A stretch of DNA of 64,000 bases from Nemertoderma westbladi (Eukaryota; Animalia; Xenacoelomorpha): contig JAUCBJ010007234.1 of assembly GCA_032718475.1 (NCBI GenBank), positions 1 to 64,000 of the forward strand, read 5' to 3'. Every line of letters starts with the position of its first letter. Position 1 is the first letter of the stretch. The translations under genes and the position numbers were made by a program. Shown one piece after another: positions 12,589 through 24,612 of the stretch. The notes beneath the pieces are model-generated. The model was given only the letters and a program-made list of their open reading frames with translations. It ran no database searches and was not told the origin of the DNA.

Positions 12589-13002
12589 ATGGTTACCTCG
12601 AAACCGGCGCGACTGTCCACTCGAATACAACTTCAAAACACAAACGCCAACAATAAACTGAAAGCGAATCGAACGTCTTCAGAAGAATCTGTCATTGGGA
12701 CGAAGAAAAGGAAGCCGAAACCACGGGAATGGACCACAGCTAAGATTGAATGCTCCCATTGTCAGAGTTCCTGGACCGAAATTGAAACACCAATTGCCGA
12801 TGGGCTTGATCTCTCAAACCAAAACTTCCTCTGCGGGGTTTGCGCGGCAGTAAAGATTGAAAGTCTGGAAGCTGACATCCCTAGGTATTATTATTATAAA
12901 GAGCGTCAGCCTGCGTTTAATAAATATATTTTAATACAAAACAGGTCGAACGCAAAAAGGCTTATAATGAAGACGAGTACTGCATTGATTATATTCCTAT
13001 AA
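12589..13002 (+). other. Repeat-borne ORF with NLS-like basic patch and CxxC...CxxC (likely captured LINE ORF1 N-terminus)
   Basis: KKRKPKPR...CSHC...CGVCAAVKIESLE. Open in all three family X copies (also 14927-15385 and 43079-43537). Confidence 0.45.
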
Positions 13003-14039
13003 ACCACCTGGCTTTGCATATTGAACGTGCGTTTGGAAATAAGTTCGTGCTACCCTTCCGTGGGTGGTAGATGTCGCGGTTATGTATTGGTGGGTGGGGG
13101 AGGGGGGGGGGGGGGGGTGCAGATTAAAGGGAGTGAACACGTGCTGTCCCCCTTTCTTTGATTAATTGGTGGTGTGGGTTAATCTCTCATAACCTGATTT
13201 TGTGATACAGTCGCACAATTTTAATTTGTATCTCATAACTGGGCCTCGTGCTGCGCGAAGGCCCCACGAACGTGTCTCATTTATACTGTACCATATGGAA
13301 TTTATATAAACTTGAAAATGAAAATGTTTGGAGACACTAAAAGCAGGTGCAACGAAATCATTCAAGACCCAGGCAATCTTAAGTTAGTGTAATTCCTTAA
13401 CAAACTACAAATTTTTAAATGCTTTAAAATGTTAAAAAAAATTTACTCTTAAATTAATTATTAAATGCACCTTTCGAAAACCCTTGTTTCTTTATTGATA
13501 GTAACAATGTGTTGGCAAGCTGTATTTTTCGAGGTATTTGTTATTATACATTTATTATAGGAAGGGATCTAGGGGTCTTAACCTCGAGTGATAAGTTTAT
13601 TTTACCGAAAATAACTTATCTTTTATTGGCGCAATTGTACGACTGTCCTACAATTGCGCCAATAAAAGATAAGTTATATTCGGTAAAATAAACTTATCAT
13701 GCACTGCCGCTGGGGGATACCATAGCAACAATAAGTTTATTTATTTAAGTTAGCACTGTAGCTTTCTAATTATACCAATAATCCCGAATGGTGCAGCGGA
13801 GTTATTTGAAAACGAAACCGTGTTAAATTTGTGGGACACCGTGTACTTTAATTTTAGTTATTAGTTATTGTTTCTGCATCCCGTGTTTTAAAATAACAAG
13901 CCACCATTAATAACTTATTGGATTTATTTCTCGTTTATTCACAGTTTTGTTCTGCGCTGCACAATTTGTACCTTGATGAATATTTATCTTGCAGGTCCAA
14001 AAATTATTTCTCGGTCTGAAAACGATTTTTTTTGGAATA

Positions 14040-16692
14040 TGGGGCGAGCCACGAAGTGAGTGAGCCTTAGCGTAGGGGTACCATTAATCAACCTGTCGTT
14101 CTGTCATCCTGTCGCGTTTTTTTTCAGTATTTTATTTTAAACGTTAATAACTCGGCCAATCCTTGATGAAATCTATCCAAACTTGGTACACATGTTGTTT
14201 GGCAAAAGTTTGAAAATTTTCCAAGTAGAATTTGCGTGGGGCCTTCGTGCAGCATCAGTGTAACTGTTATTGCAGTTATAATAAATTTATTTATCCAAAT
14301 TTAAAATGCGTTAAATTATTATTACTGTAGGATAAATCAGCTGGGTTTCTGACAAATTTTGCAATACATTGGGGCTGTCTGCTAATCTGCATGTACCATG
14401 TGTACCGGTACTGTCAGGCTGTACTCAATCCCTGAATCGAGAATCCTGCAATCAGTCAATACTGCAGTACTGGTCAGCCGGTACCATACACTGCAGACAT
14501 GCCATATCATGTAATCTAATTAAACATGGCCCCGGCAACCCTTGCGGTGATTATAGTTTAGGCCTAATTAGCCCAGTACCGGCACCGGTAATAATAATAT
14601 AATAGTTTAGATAGTTACCGCTAATCATTCAGTCATTGCTGCATTGGTACGGTACACCGTATTGCTGTACTGCCGTTGTAGTGCGCACCGTAGGTACCAC
14701 CCTACTACCGGTACCGGCTGACCGGTGCCAACTAGCACTTCAGCACTTGTACAGCAACAGCACTACCGGCGATACACAGGTTGGAATTTATGTAGAGTTT
14801 GCTCAACAGTACAGATATAAAATAGTTATCTAAATTATATATATTACTATTGACAAGTATTGAAATATATACCGTTATTCGTGTTATCAGTATTTGCAAC
14901 ATTTGACATTGAAGAGGTGAGAGAAGATGAATACCGGCACTCAACAAAACCAACGCTTATCACAGGTCAGTATGGTTACCTCGAAACCGGCGCGACTGTC
15001 CACTCGAATACAACTTCAAAACACAAACGCCAACAATAAACTGAAAGCGAATCGAACGTCTTCAGAAGAATCTGTCATTGGGACGAAGAAAAGGAAGCCG
15101 AAACCACGGCAATGGACCACAGCTAAGATTGAATGCTCCCATTGTCAGAGTTCCTGGACCGAAATTGAAACACCAATTGCCGATGGGCTTGATCTCTCAA
15201 ACCAAAACTTCCTCTGCGGGGTTTGTGCGGCAGTAAAGATTGAAAGTCTGGAAGCTGGCATCCCTAGGTATTATTATTATAAAGAGCGTCAGCCTGCGTG
15301 TAATAAATATATTTTAATACAAAACAGGTCGAACGCAAAGAGGCTTATAATGAAGACGAGTACTGCATTGATTATATTCCTATAAACCACCTGGCTTTGC
15401 ATATTCAACGTGCGTTTGGAAATAAGTTCGTGCTACCCTTCCGTGGGTGGTAGATGTCGCGGTTATGTATTGGTGGGTGGGGGGAGGAGGGGGGGGGGGG
15501 GGTGCAGATTAAAAGGGGTGAACACGTACTGTCCCCCTTTCTTTGATTAATTGGTGGTGTGGGTTAATCTCTCATAACCTGATTTTGTGATACAGTCGCA
15601 CAATTTTAATTTGTATCTCATAACTGGGGCCTCGTGCTGCGCGAAGGCCCCACGAACGTGTACTGTGTAACTGCACAATGTTAAGAATGCCAGTAAAAGG
15701 AGGGCTGCTTAGTAGTCAACGGTAGCGGCAGCCAATGTCGTAAATATTCATTCCAGAACATGTATTTATTAAACTTGGAGGTGTATACGGTTGGGTGCAA
15801 TCTTCGCCCGCGTCCAATCTTCGCCCGCATCCAACCTTCGCCTAAGGGAAACTTCGCCCGCAAGGCAATCTTCGCCCGCTAGCAACCTGCGCCCAATACG
15901 ATTTGTGTTAGTAACCATTTTAGATACCAATTGAGGGAATGGAGTTACAGAGACGGCTTTTTCTAATAGTAGGGTGAGTGAGGGAGACTTGAACCCCAAA
16001 AGTTATAATCGCTCTATAGAAGAGATAAATGAATTTTTCAATGCCGTTTTAACTTTTTCACATTACATTTATGATTGCTACCATTAGAGTTGGAGAATTT
16101 CAACTCTTAAACTTTTTTAATTAAACCAATTATTCGTATTTTCGAAAAAGCGTCAAGTCTCCCTCAATGGGGGGGGGGGGGGGGGAGAGACTTGACACCT
16201 AGGGTGTGAGACTTGAACCCCACCTCGCATACTTGTAAATTCGTTAAAAAACGCAGAAGTGTAATAATTACATGTTCAACATGTCTATTTTCTAGTAGAG
16301 CAAAAAAAATTCAAAAAATGCGATTGTTAAATTGTTAAATTATTATCCAAAATTTGATACAAATTTAGGTGGTCGTTCACATGGTTCTCCCAACAAGAAC
16401 TGAATAAATAATAGTTCATTAAAATCGCATTAAAATTTAACGCGTGAAGGTACTTTTTATTAATGAATATCTTTTATAATTTTCAATCCAGGCATATATT
16501 AATTGTTTTTCTGTAATTCTATTGATGTAGTGGGGTGCAGATTAAAAGGGGTGAACACGTACTGTCCCCCTTTCTTTGATTAATTGGTGGTGTGGGTTAT
16601 TCTCTTATAACCTGATTTTGTGATACAGTCGAACAATTTAATTTGTATCTCATAACTGGGCCTAGTGCTGCGCGAAGGCCCCACGAACGTGT
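14040..16692 (+). mobile_element. Repeat family X copy 2 with 3' extension and a second 3' terminus
   Basis: Core 14040-15661. Segment 15675-15969 is shared with copy 3. The terminal ~160 bp is repeated at 16531-16692. Confidence 0.8.
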
Positions 16693-17028
16693 TATAATTA
16701 CATGCAGTACCACAGTAGTCATAAAGTAGCACTTTATGGCACTACCAATTGACCAAAGTGTGTTTTAAGGAAATAGACTGTAATAGAGGCAGATGCTGCT
16801 GTATAAGAGTGGTAGGCCTACTCTCGAATCCATCCAAGCACTACAGTACTGTATGTTGATTTATGTTACAACTTTATCGGTTTAGCATACAGTAGTGTTA
16901 TTAGTTACTTGGCAACACTATCACTATGGGATTGCAAATTGATACTGTAGTTAACACATGCTACTACTGTAGACTACGGTATAGTTGCAAATATGTAGGA
17001 AATACAACTATTTATTCTATACGTCTAG

Positions 17029-17575
17029 ATTTTACTCTTTGGACGACAAACAACTAAACAGTCGGTATTCCGCAATGCGAAGCATCGTAATGGCAAACGA
17101 AGAGGAAACAATAAAAATGCCTATTCTAGAACCGGTTGCCGGGTTACATAAGAGCCAGGTAGAAGAATTCGTGGAATACAATGGTGGTCCAGGTATACAG
17201 CACGTTGCTATGGAGACAGACAATATAATCGAGGCGGTGGACTTGTTGCGAAGTCGGGGAGTTCTTTTCATGAAGGCACCTTCGACCTATTATATGATGT
17301 TGCGTGAGCGATTATCTGTATCGAAAGTGAAAGTATTGGAGAGTTTGGATGATGTAGAGCGTTTAGGTTTACTGCTAGACCATGATGAGGAAGGATACAT
17401 TCTGCAAGTGTTTACTAAACCAGTGGAGGATAGACCAACATTGTTTATGGAGATTATCCAAAGGCATAATCATACGGGTTTTGGTGCTGGGAACGTGAAA
17501 GCTTTGTTTGCTGCCGTGGAAATGGAACAGAAGCTGAGAGGTACATTCTTGAACACCGCTAGTAGCAGTGGGTAA
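17029..17575 (+). CDS. HPD: 4-hydroxyphenylpyruvate dioxygenase family, exon 2
   Basis: Acceptor ctag at 17025-17028 joins in frame (HR-FYSLDDKQ). GPGIQHVA, LQVFTKPVEDRPTLFMEIIQR, GFGAGN. Spliced protein is 389 aa. Confidence 0.93.
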
Positions 17576-18477
17576 ATCAATAATTATCGCTTATTATTGA
17601 TTTAAAATTGGTGCAGGTGCCACTCAATACATGTATACTAATTAATCCTCTGGTGCATTAGATTATCGCGAAATATATGTTATCCACTGGAGAATGATGC
17701 GCAAATATACAACTGCAAGTTTCATTTATTACAGTAAGTCCCCTTAGCGAGACCTCAGTTGCACTAGACATAGACTCAGACTTATGTAAGACCATTAATA
17801 AGGTCTACTCATGTATGAATGTATAAGGAATAAGTAAGTCTGAGACTATATAAGACCTCAGTATTAATATTAATATTATTGATATTGTAATTATTTTTTA
17901 AAAATTAATGTTTTTAACAGGCAAACCAGAGATTAGGCCTACACTCTTATTACTTTAGGCACGACACCAGGGTCGTTATGGTAATTACCTGTAGAATAAT
18001 GATAAAAATACCAATGAAATATAATCTAATTTCAGTTTAAATAAAGTTTTTAGGATAACTAATCGCGCCTACATACTGTACAAGGCGCGATTATGGGCAA
18101 TGTTACGATAAAGGCATTAGTTAGAGAATAAAATAAATAAAACATTTGTATTGAAATAAAACATAGTTTTATTCTAGTATTAGTTTGACTACAAAATTGA
18201 AATTTGAAATTTATTCCATATTGGTATATTAAATTCAAAATTATTCCTTAAATAACGGTAGTACTGTATGTAGGCATAGGTACGGTAGGTAGCATGGTAG
18301 CCAGACACATTGGAATACTGTAATAACTATTTGCCTATTATATATAGATAAATATAATAAATAAAAATAAATAAAAATAAATAAAAATAAAAATAAATAA
18401 ATATAATAAAAAAATAAATAAAATAATAAAAAATAAATAAAAAAATATGATTTTCTAAGTGCAATACAATTTAAATA

Positions 18478-18615
18478 CTAACATACTTGTGTGTAAAGAA
18501 GCACTTTACAGTGTGATGATCTGAGTGCTTTGTTACACGAACGAACGTTAGTGAGTGAGTCAAAATAAAGCCACGAGGATCAGAACACTGTAAAGTACTT
18601 TGCAACAAGTATGTA
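18478..18615. repeat. Imperfect inverted repeat (MITE-like)
   Basis: ACATACTTGT...ACTTTACAGTGT..GATC and GATC..ACACTGTAAAGT...ACAAGTATGT. Confidence 0.5.
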
Positions 18616-18954
18616 TGTAGTTTTATTCCAAAATTTTAACATTACGAAATGATTGTACATATACATTATAAGTGATAGAAACTGCACAAATTATATTAGT
18701 TGCTGTATAAATAAATGTAAAAATGACATAAATTATGTTATTAATAAGCTACAGTAGCTTATATCTATGGTGGCGTTTGGAGCCATGTTATAATAACGCA
18801 ATAATTTGTATTGTCCGTTTAAATCACCCATGATGTCCTTTTTTTTTGACTTTTTATGTCCTCCAAAAATTTACCGTTAGGTTCCATGCTACCGGTTTCT
18901 CTACTGCTGTACTCTCAGTCTATCAGTACCGGTATTAGTATATAGAGCACTATT

Positions 18955-19617
18955 ATAAGCATAAGCTCAAAGGATGGTATGCTTGAACATGTCGACGACT
19001 TCTGTTACCTGGGATCATGGATCCGGAAGTCAGGTGAGGACCTTCGAATACATAAGGGAAAGGCATGGGCAGCCTTGAATAGGCTTTCCAGGATTTGGAA
19101 GTCACCGAGAATTAATCGGAAACTTAAGGTCCGATTATTTAGAGCAGCAGTAGTTCCAGTACTCCTCTACGGGAGTCCATGCTGGGCTCTAACTGCTGAG
19201 GACACCAAATCTCTGGATGGCACATTCACAAGAATGCTACGCCGGGTTCATTGTGTCAAGTACAATGCACACATCTCCAACCAGACACTATATAACATTG
19301 GAGGTGTCTCATTGGTTCCCCCAAGCTTGACACTAGAACAAAATCGCCTCCGCTTTGCAGGACATTGCTTTCGCCGTGAGGACCAGCCAGTGCATAATCT
19401 TGTACTTTGGCAGCCTCATGGAGTGAATAAGCATGGTGGACAGCCCATGACTTTCTTGAGACGCATCTTAAAGGACACTGGCCTTGAAGATGCGGATGAT
19501 CTAGCAAATGTCATGGGTGATAGGGAGTTGTGGCGGTGCAATTTTGTTGACAAGCCGGCACAGCATTCTTAAAAATGCAGCTGCAATGCAGCATGCCGAT
19601 CCTAGTAGTAGTAGTAT
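18955..19617 (+). mobile_element. RTE-clade LINE 3' fragment (family A)
   Basis: VDDFCYLGS, KVRLFRAAVVPVLLYG, RLRFAGHCFR; short 3' UTR and a (TAG)n tail at ~19605. Confidence 0.9.
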
Positions 19618-19779
19618 TTTGCAGTATTGCTGTATTGTATGTACAGATGTAGGTACAGTATAAAGCAGGTATTTTAGGTATTTTAGTACCGGTACCGGCA
19701 CCGGTACTGCTGTAGGCCTACTGTGAAGCCTACCATTTAAATACGGTAATGGTAGGCCTACGGGCTGACCGGTTGTGCT

Positions 19780-20530
19780 AATAAATAGAAAATCCCCCCT
19801 ATATAACCTGCTCCTTTCCCTCGATTAGTTAAGTGATCATTTATTGTTTTGGTTAGGAAATCCCGCCTATGTAACCTGCTCCTTTCCCTCAATTGTTAAA
19901 GTGACCGTATATTGTTTTGGTTAGAAATGCCCGCCTCTGTAACCTGCTCCTTTCCTTCATTTAGTAAAGTGACTGTTCATTGTTTTGGTTAGAAAATCCC
20001 GCCTCTGTAGCCTGCTCCTTTCCCTCAATTAGTTAAGTGATATCGTTTATTGTTTTGGTTAGAAAATCCCGCCTCTGTAACCTGCTCCTTTCCCTCAATT
20101 AGTTAAGTGGTCGTTTATTGTTTTGGTTAGAAAATCCCGCCTCTGTAACCTGCTCCTTTCCCTCAATTAGTTAAGTGATCGTTTATTGTTTTGGTTAGGA
20201 AATCCCGGTCTGTAACCTGCTCCTTTCTCTCAATTGGTAATGTTATCGTCTATTGTTTTGGTTAGAAAAGACCATCTATGTAACCTGCTCCTTTCCTTCA
20301 TTTGGTAAAGTGATTGTTTATTGTTTTGGTTAGAAAATCCCGCCTCTGTAACCTGCTCCTTTCGCTGATTTGGTAAAATGACCGTTTATTGTTTTGGTTA
20401 GAAAGGCTAGCCTAACCTGCTCCTTTCCTTCATTTGGTAAAGTGACTGTTTATTTTTGTTTTGGTTAGAAAATCCGGCCTTAACCTGCTCCTTTCCATCA
20501 ATTGGTACTGTAATTGTTTTTGGCTATAAA
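19780..20530. repeat. ~68-bp minisatellite, ~11 copies
   Basis: Unit TTTATTGTTTTGGTTAGAAAATCCCGCCTCTGTAACCTGCTCCTTTCCCTCAATTAGTTAAGTGATCG. Confidence 0.92.
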
Positions 20531-21000
20531 ATGAGTGTTTTGCTACGTCATGTAGTAATCGATTATCGACAACAACCACAAACTATTAAATTTAGAGTCT
20601 TTTACCACAGGCGCATATGGAAATCTATCCCATAGTCTATAAATCAACAAATTTTGAATGTTTTGGCATAGGCATAGTGAAACCAACTGTCTGACAGTCC
20701 AGAAATCAACAGTCTGACAGTTTGAAGAAATACATACATAAAAAGTCATTAAAGGACAACAAAAGTCATTAAAGGGACAACAAAAGTCATTATGCACAAT
20801 TCGTAAAAAAAGGAGGACAAAAAGTCAAATGAAAGGACATAAAAAATCACTGCCTTAATAATATAGCTAGGCCCTACTGGTTATTAATAGCTATACCCCG
20901 CCTACCGGTAGGTAATGCTGTAGGCCTATCTGGCTGTCAGGCAAATTTCCGCCTATTGTTTACGTGGTAACCAATAACGGCGTTAAGTAATGTCCACTAA

Positions 21001-21187
21001 GGCCGCGTTCACACTACCGAGTCAAAGTCAAAAGAGACAAAATTTAAAAAAGATAACAAGAAATTTATTTTTTTCTAGAACGCCCTAATTAGGCCTATAT
21101 AATGTATTATTATTTATTATTGCTAGCTACAGTACTGTAGCTTTATTTATTTTATTTTGACTTTGACTCGGTATTGTGAACGCGGCC
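21001..21187. mobile_element. PIF/Harbinger (Tourist-like) MITE
   Basis: TIR GGCCGCGTTCACACTACCGAGTCAAAGTCAAAA; TAA TSD on both sides. Confidence 0.85.
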
Positions 21188-22004
21188 TAAGGGGACATTA
21201 CTTTACGGATAACACTACATACAATACTAAATGTACAGGCCAATACAATGCTGTAATGTCCTCAAAAGTTGTAAAGTGCTAAATAACAACTCACAGTTAA
21301 TACAGTACTAACGGCGTTGAGTACAGTAATGTTACAATTTTGGAATAAAATACATTACATATAGTTTTATCAATTCTTAGATAAAATACGATACGAAAAA
21401 AACACGAATCATTTTTTGTATTTCGTATCGTATCTTGGATTTTTCGTATCGTATCGAATTTTCCCAAAATTGCATTCGTATCGTATCGTATCATAAAAAA
21501 ACGGTTCGTATCGTATCGTATCCTGTCCCTATGGTAAACGGACACAGCTACAGTATCTGGTAGAACTGGAGTATTGACTACAGTATATACTAAAATAGGC
21601 CTACTGTATAGCTTTTTTGCTTACTGGTATACAGGGTGATGGGCTGATTGTACTATACTGTTACTCCGCTGTCTCTTATTAATTATCTACATGCTGTATT
21701 ATGCAGCAAGTTGTAACGATATTTTAGTGAGATATACAGCGTATCATATAATTAATTCAAAAATAGAATTAATACAGACGTCAGACCTACAGTATTATTA
21801 GTATAATACCGGTTCAGTATTATGCATGCATATACGCAATATAAAGTCCTCTCGTTTAAGGGCGATGACTGTCTGTATTTTTTTACGTAAAAATTGTAAT
21901 AAATTATTATCGCAATTTAATATATAATTGAACTGGAAAAGGCAAACTACAGTATAACGATATAGTATTTAATTAATTAATCTACTGTACATTAAGTATA
22001 TGAT

Positions 22005-23078
22005 TCAGCCCAGTACCATTGTGTGTATCTTAGCTGACGAGGGCGGGAAAGGCATAGGAACGTGACGCACTAGTCTATAAACCGACCCTGGATGGTCCTC
22101 CGTGTAGAAGGAGCCTCGAGATTTATCCATCGGCGCGGTGGAATCCGAGGAGAACTCGCCACTCAATCTCTCCTTGTTCGCCGCCACCCATTCCCTAAAA
22201 CTCATGACACGAGGGTTGAGCACTCGTGTTGTCTCCATGTTGTACTGTTGATCAACTCGAAGGAAAAACTCAAACATATTGGCTACATCGAGTGCTGCGG
22301 GGTCTTTACCTGCGTAAGCATTGCGGTATTCTTCTACGGTGATTTTAGGATCAATAACTCGTGCGTTGGGTGACAAAGCCTCGCTTAGCGCTTCCGCGTA
22401 ATCAGCCACCGTGAGTTTATCTGCGCTGATTGCAACCGTTTTGCCAACCCAACGGGAACCTTCATCCAATACGCCCCGTACCACATCCCCAACCTGAGCG
22501 ACACTGACACCATCCAATGGAGTAGACCCCATCGGTATCTCTAGACGATAAACGCCATTCGATTCCCTTGAAACTGGTTTGAATCCCCCGAATAAACTCT
22601 CGTACGTAAACGGCAGCAGTAATCCGGTTTTAGGAAGACCCAGTCCGTCTGCGTATATCTCGATTTCGTGTTTGGCATCGAGATGTCTACACAGAATTCC
22701 GATTGTTTTTTCTACAGATCTCCCGGTGTTTAGCACTAAATGTTGGATCCCCGCTGCACGGCAACCGTCCAGTATTGCCTTCCCTTGTCTCACTTCAGTC
22801 AACTCGAAATTTTCTTCATCGAATGCTGTAAACGTAGTTAGAAACACTCCATAAACATCGGTTAGAGCTTCATGTATCGAGTTCATATCGTCTAAGTTGA
22901 CGTTTTTGATTTGAGCGCCTCGAATCTCCAGTTCTTCCAAGTCTGATGAATTTCTTTCTTTTCGTGTTAAACAACATCTGATGATGTAATTATCGGTGCG
23001 GTGACATAGAGCCCTAGCCACTGACGCACCCAAATCGCCCTCACAACCAAATACAGCGATGGTGCGTGGGGGTGACAT
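22005..23078 (-). CDS. NMRAL1: NmrA-like family (NMRAL1/HSCARG-like) atypical SDR, single coding exon
   Basis: IAVFGCEGDLG (GxxGxxG), VYGVFLTT, EVRQGK, HLDAKHEIE, PMGSTPLDGVSV, ANMFEF, LNPRVMSFREWV. First ATG at 23078, just downstream of a ttttacag acceptor at ~23103. Confidence 0.85.
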   Translation of the reverse strand: MSPPRTIAVFGCEGDLGASVARALCHRTDNYIIRCCLTRKERNSSDLEELEIRGAQIKNVNLDDMNSIHEALTDVYGVFLTTFTAFDEENFELTEVRQGKAILDGCRAAGIQHLVLNTGRSVEKTIGILCRHLDAKHEIEIYADGLGLPKTGLLLPFTYESLFGGFKPVSRESNGVYRLEIPMGSTPLDGVSVAQVGDVVRGVLDEGSRWVGKTVAISADKLTVADYAEALSEALSPNARVIDPKITVEEYRNAYAGKDPAALDVANMFEFFLRVDQQYNMETTRVLNPRVMSFREWVAANKERLSGEFSSDSTAPMDKSRGSFYTEDHPGSVYRLVRHVPMPFPPSSAKIHTMVLG

Positions 23079-23658
23079 TATTGCTACCGAATTCAAGTAT
23101 TACTGTAAAAAATATTGATTACAGATATTATTATGTTAAGTAAAAATTCAAATCTATCGAAAAGATTAAATTACAATATTATTTTCAAAAAATTGTTGAC
23201 CAGGTACTGAAAGTATGGTAATAAAACTGCAGGCGAAATATTTATATGTATTTCTACATTTTTATTGAAGACTTTGCCTTATTAACACGCATTAATAAAT
23301 GTGATGATAATAACACATTGCTCGCTCTCAACTAATTTATGCAATGTTTTTTCCGTTGCTACAGGGCAACGGCTAATTATACTCAAATAATAATAATATT
23401 TGGCACCAAACTACTGAAGGCCTACAGTACACAATTACTGAGAGTTTTCAGTATCACACTAACATTTACAAGAAAAGTCGGTTTGTTCGATACTAGCAAA
23501 GGCCAAGATACATTATTTATACTTATACGCATTTTATTAAATTCTTGATGCTTACGATATGATTTAACATTTATTGAGGAAATATTACAAAAATATAACG
23601 ATAATTCGAAAATAACTAATGTATTATAATTAGGCGCGTATTGACAACTTACTTTATA

Positions 23659-24612
23659 CAGCCCTCCCAGCCAAAAAAATCGATGAAAAAAAGGAAAAAA
23701 GGAATTTATATTTTCAAAAAAAAAGGAAAAAAAGGATAGGATGCTGTTCAAGTTCAGAAAAAGGACAAAAAGGATCGGATACGGTTCAAAAAAAAAGGGA
23801 AAAACTGAATTGATGTTATCTTTAAAAAAGGATAGTAAGCATTATATTTCATTAACCTTATATATATAGGCCTATTAAGAAACGTCACTGTATGTTTCTA
23901 ATTTTCACCTTTTTGCCTAGTTATCAGAGATGGTTGAATTCGGCCTATTGATGGCCATTGATAGAGGTTTATCAAACGCTTGTAAATAGAACTTTAGTTT
24001 GAAAGAAATATAAGGCCCAAAAACTTTGGTACGGATTTCTGGTCGTGGCTACATTTATATAAATAACAAAAATACTTTTAGACTCAATCAAAATTCATCC
24101 ATCTCCAGGGGAAAACGGATGCAAATAATAGGTGATTATGAGCAAAAATGAAACTATAACCCTTGTTATAGGCTTTACTTTATAATTTTGGTTAGAATAG
24201 ACTACCACTGCAACTTGTTCCTTTCCCTAAATTAAAAAACAACAATATTAATTCACCAAGGCGGGTTTTGTGTCAATCATAATATATCCCCCCCCCCCCC
24301 CCCCCCTCAGAAAATAAATAAATTTACAGTTCCCTCAACTGCTACATTTTTATGGTAGCTTAGCTTGTGATTTTTGTCAAAATAAACATACTCAAAATAA
24401 AAAACGGCATTATTATGCCCGTCAATCTCTGTTATAACCTTGTCAATATCAACAGCAAGCTGAAGTTGATCTTCTAAACCAAAAAAAGAGGAAAAAATGT
24501 GTGAAAATGGACAAAAAAAGGAAAAAAGGAAACGTTCTAAATAAAAAGGAAAAAAAGGAAACGTTCTAAAATAAAGGAAAAAAAAGGAAAAAAGGAAACT
24601 CTGGGATGCCTG
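23659..24612. mobile_element. Possible MITE with short TIRs and AAAAAAGG sub-terminal repeats
   Basis: CAGCCCTCCCAG / CTGGGATGCCTG imperfect TIR, flanked by TTTATA on both sides. Confidence 0.4.

Larger units (their letters stand above)
9784..13275 (+). mobile_element. Repeat family X copy 1 (Helentron/HINE-like or unclassified), interrupted by a hAT-like element
   Basis: Starts TGTGGGGCGAGCC, has a (CTGTCGTT)n microsatellite, ends in a hairpin plus CCCCACGAACGTGT. Near-identical to 14040-15661 and 42209-43807. Confidence 0.8.
8693..13843. mobile_element. Tc1/mariner-type foldback non-autonomous element (hosts nested insertions)
   Basis: TA|CAGGGTGTCCC... and ...GGGACACCGTG|TA. Inverted arms of ~500 bp (8693-~9210 vs ~9680-9780 plus ~13285-13843). 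Confidence 0.8.

Noticed and set aside
8038-23078. Horizontal transfer or operon-like HPD + NmrA cluster
   Set aside because: Both proteins look animal-type, HPD has a spliceosomal intron, and the genes are convergent and separated by repeats.
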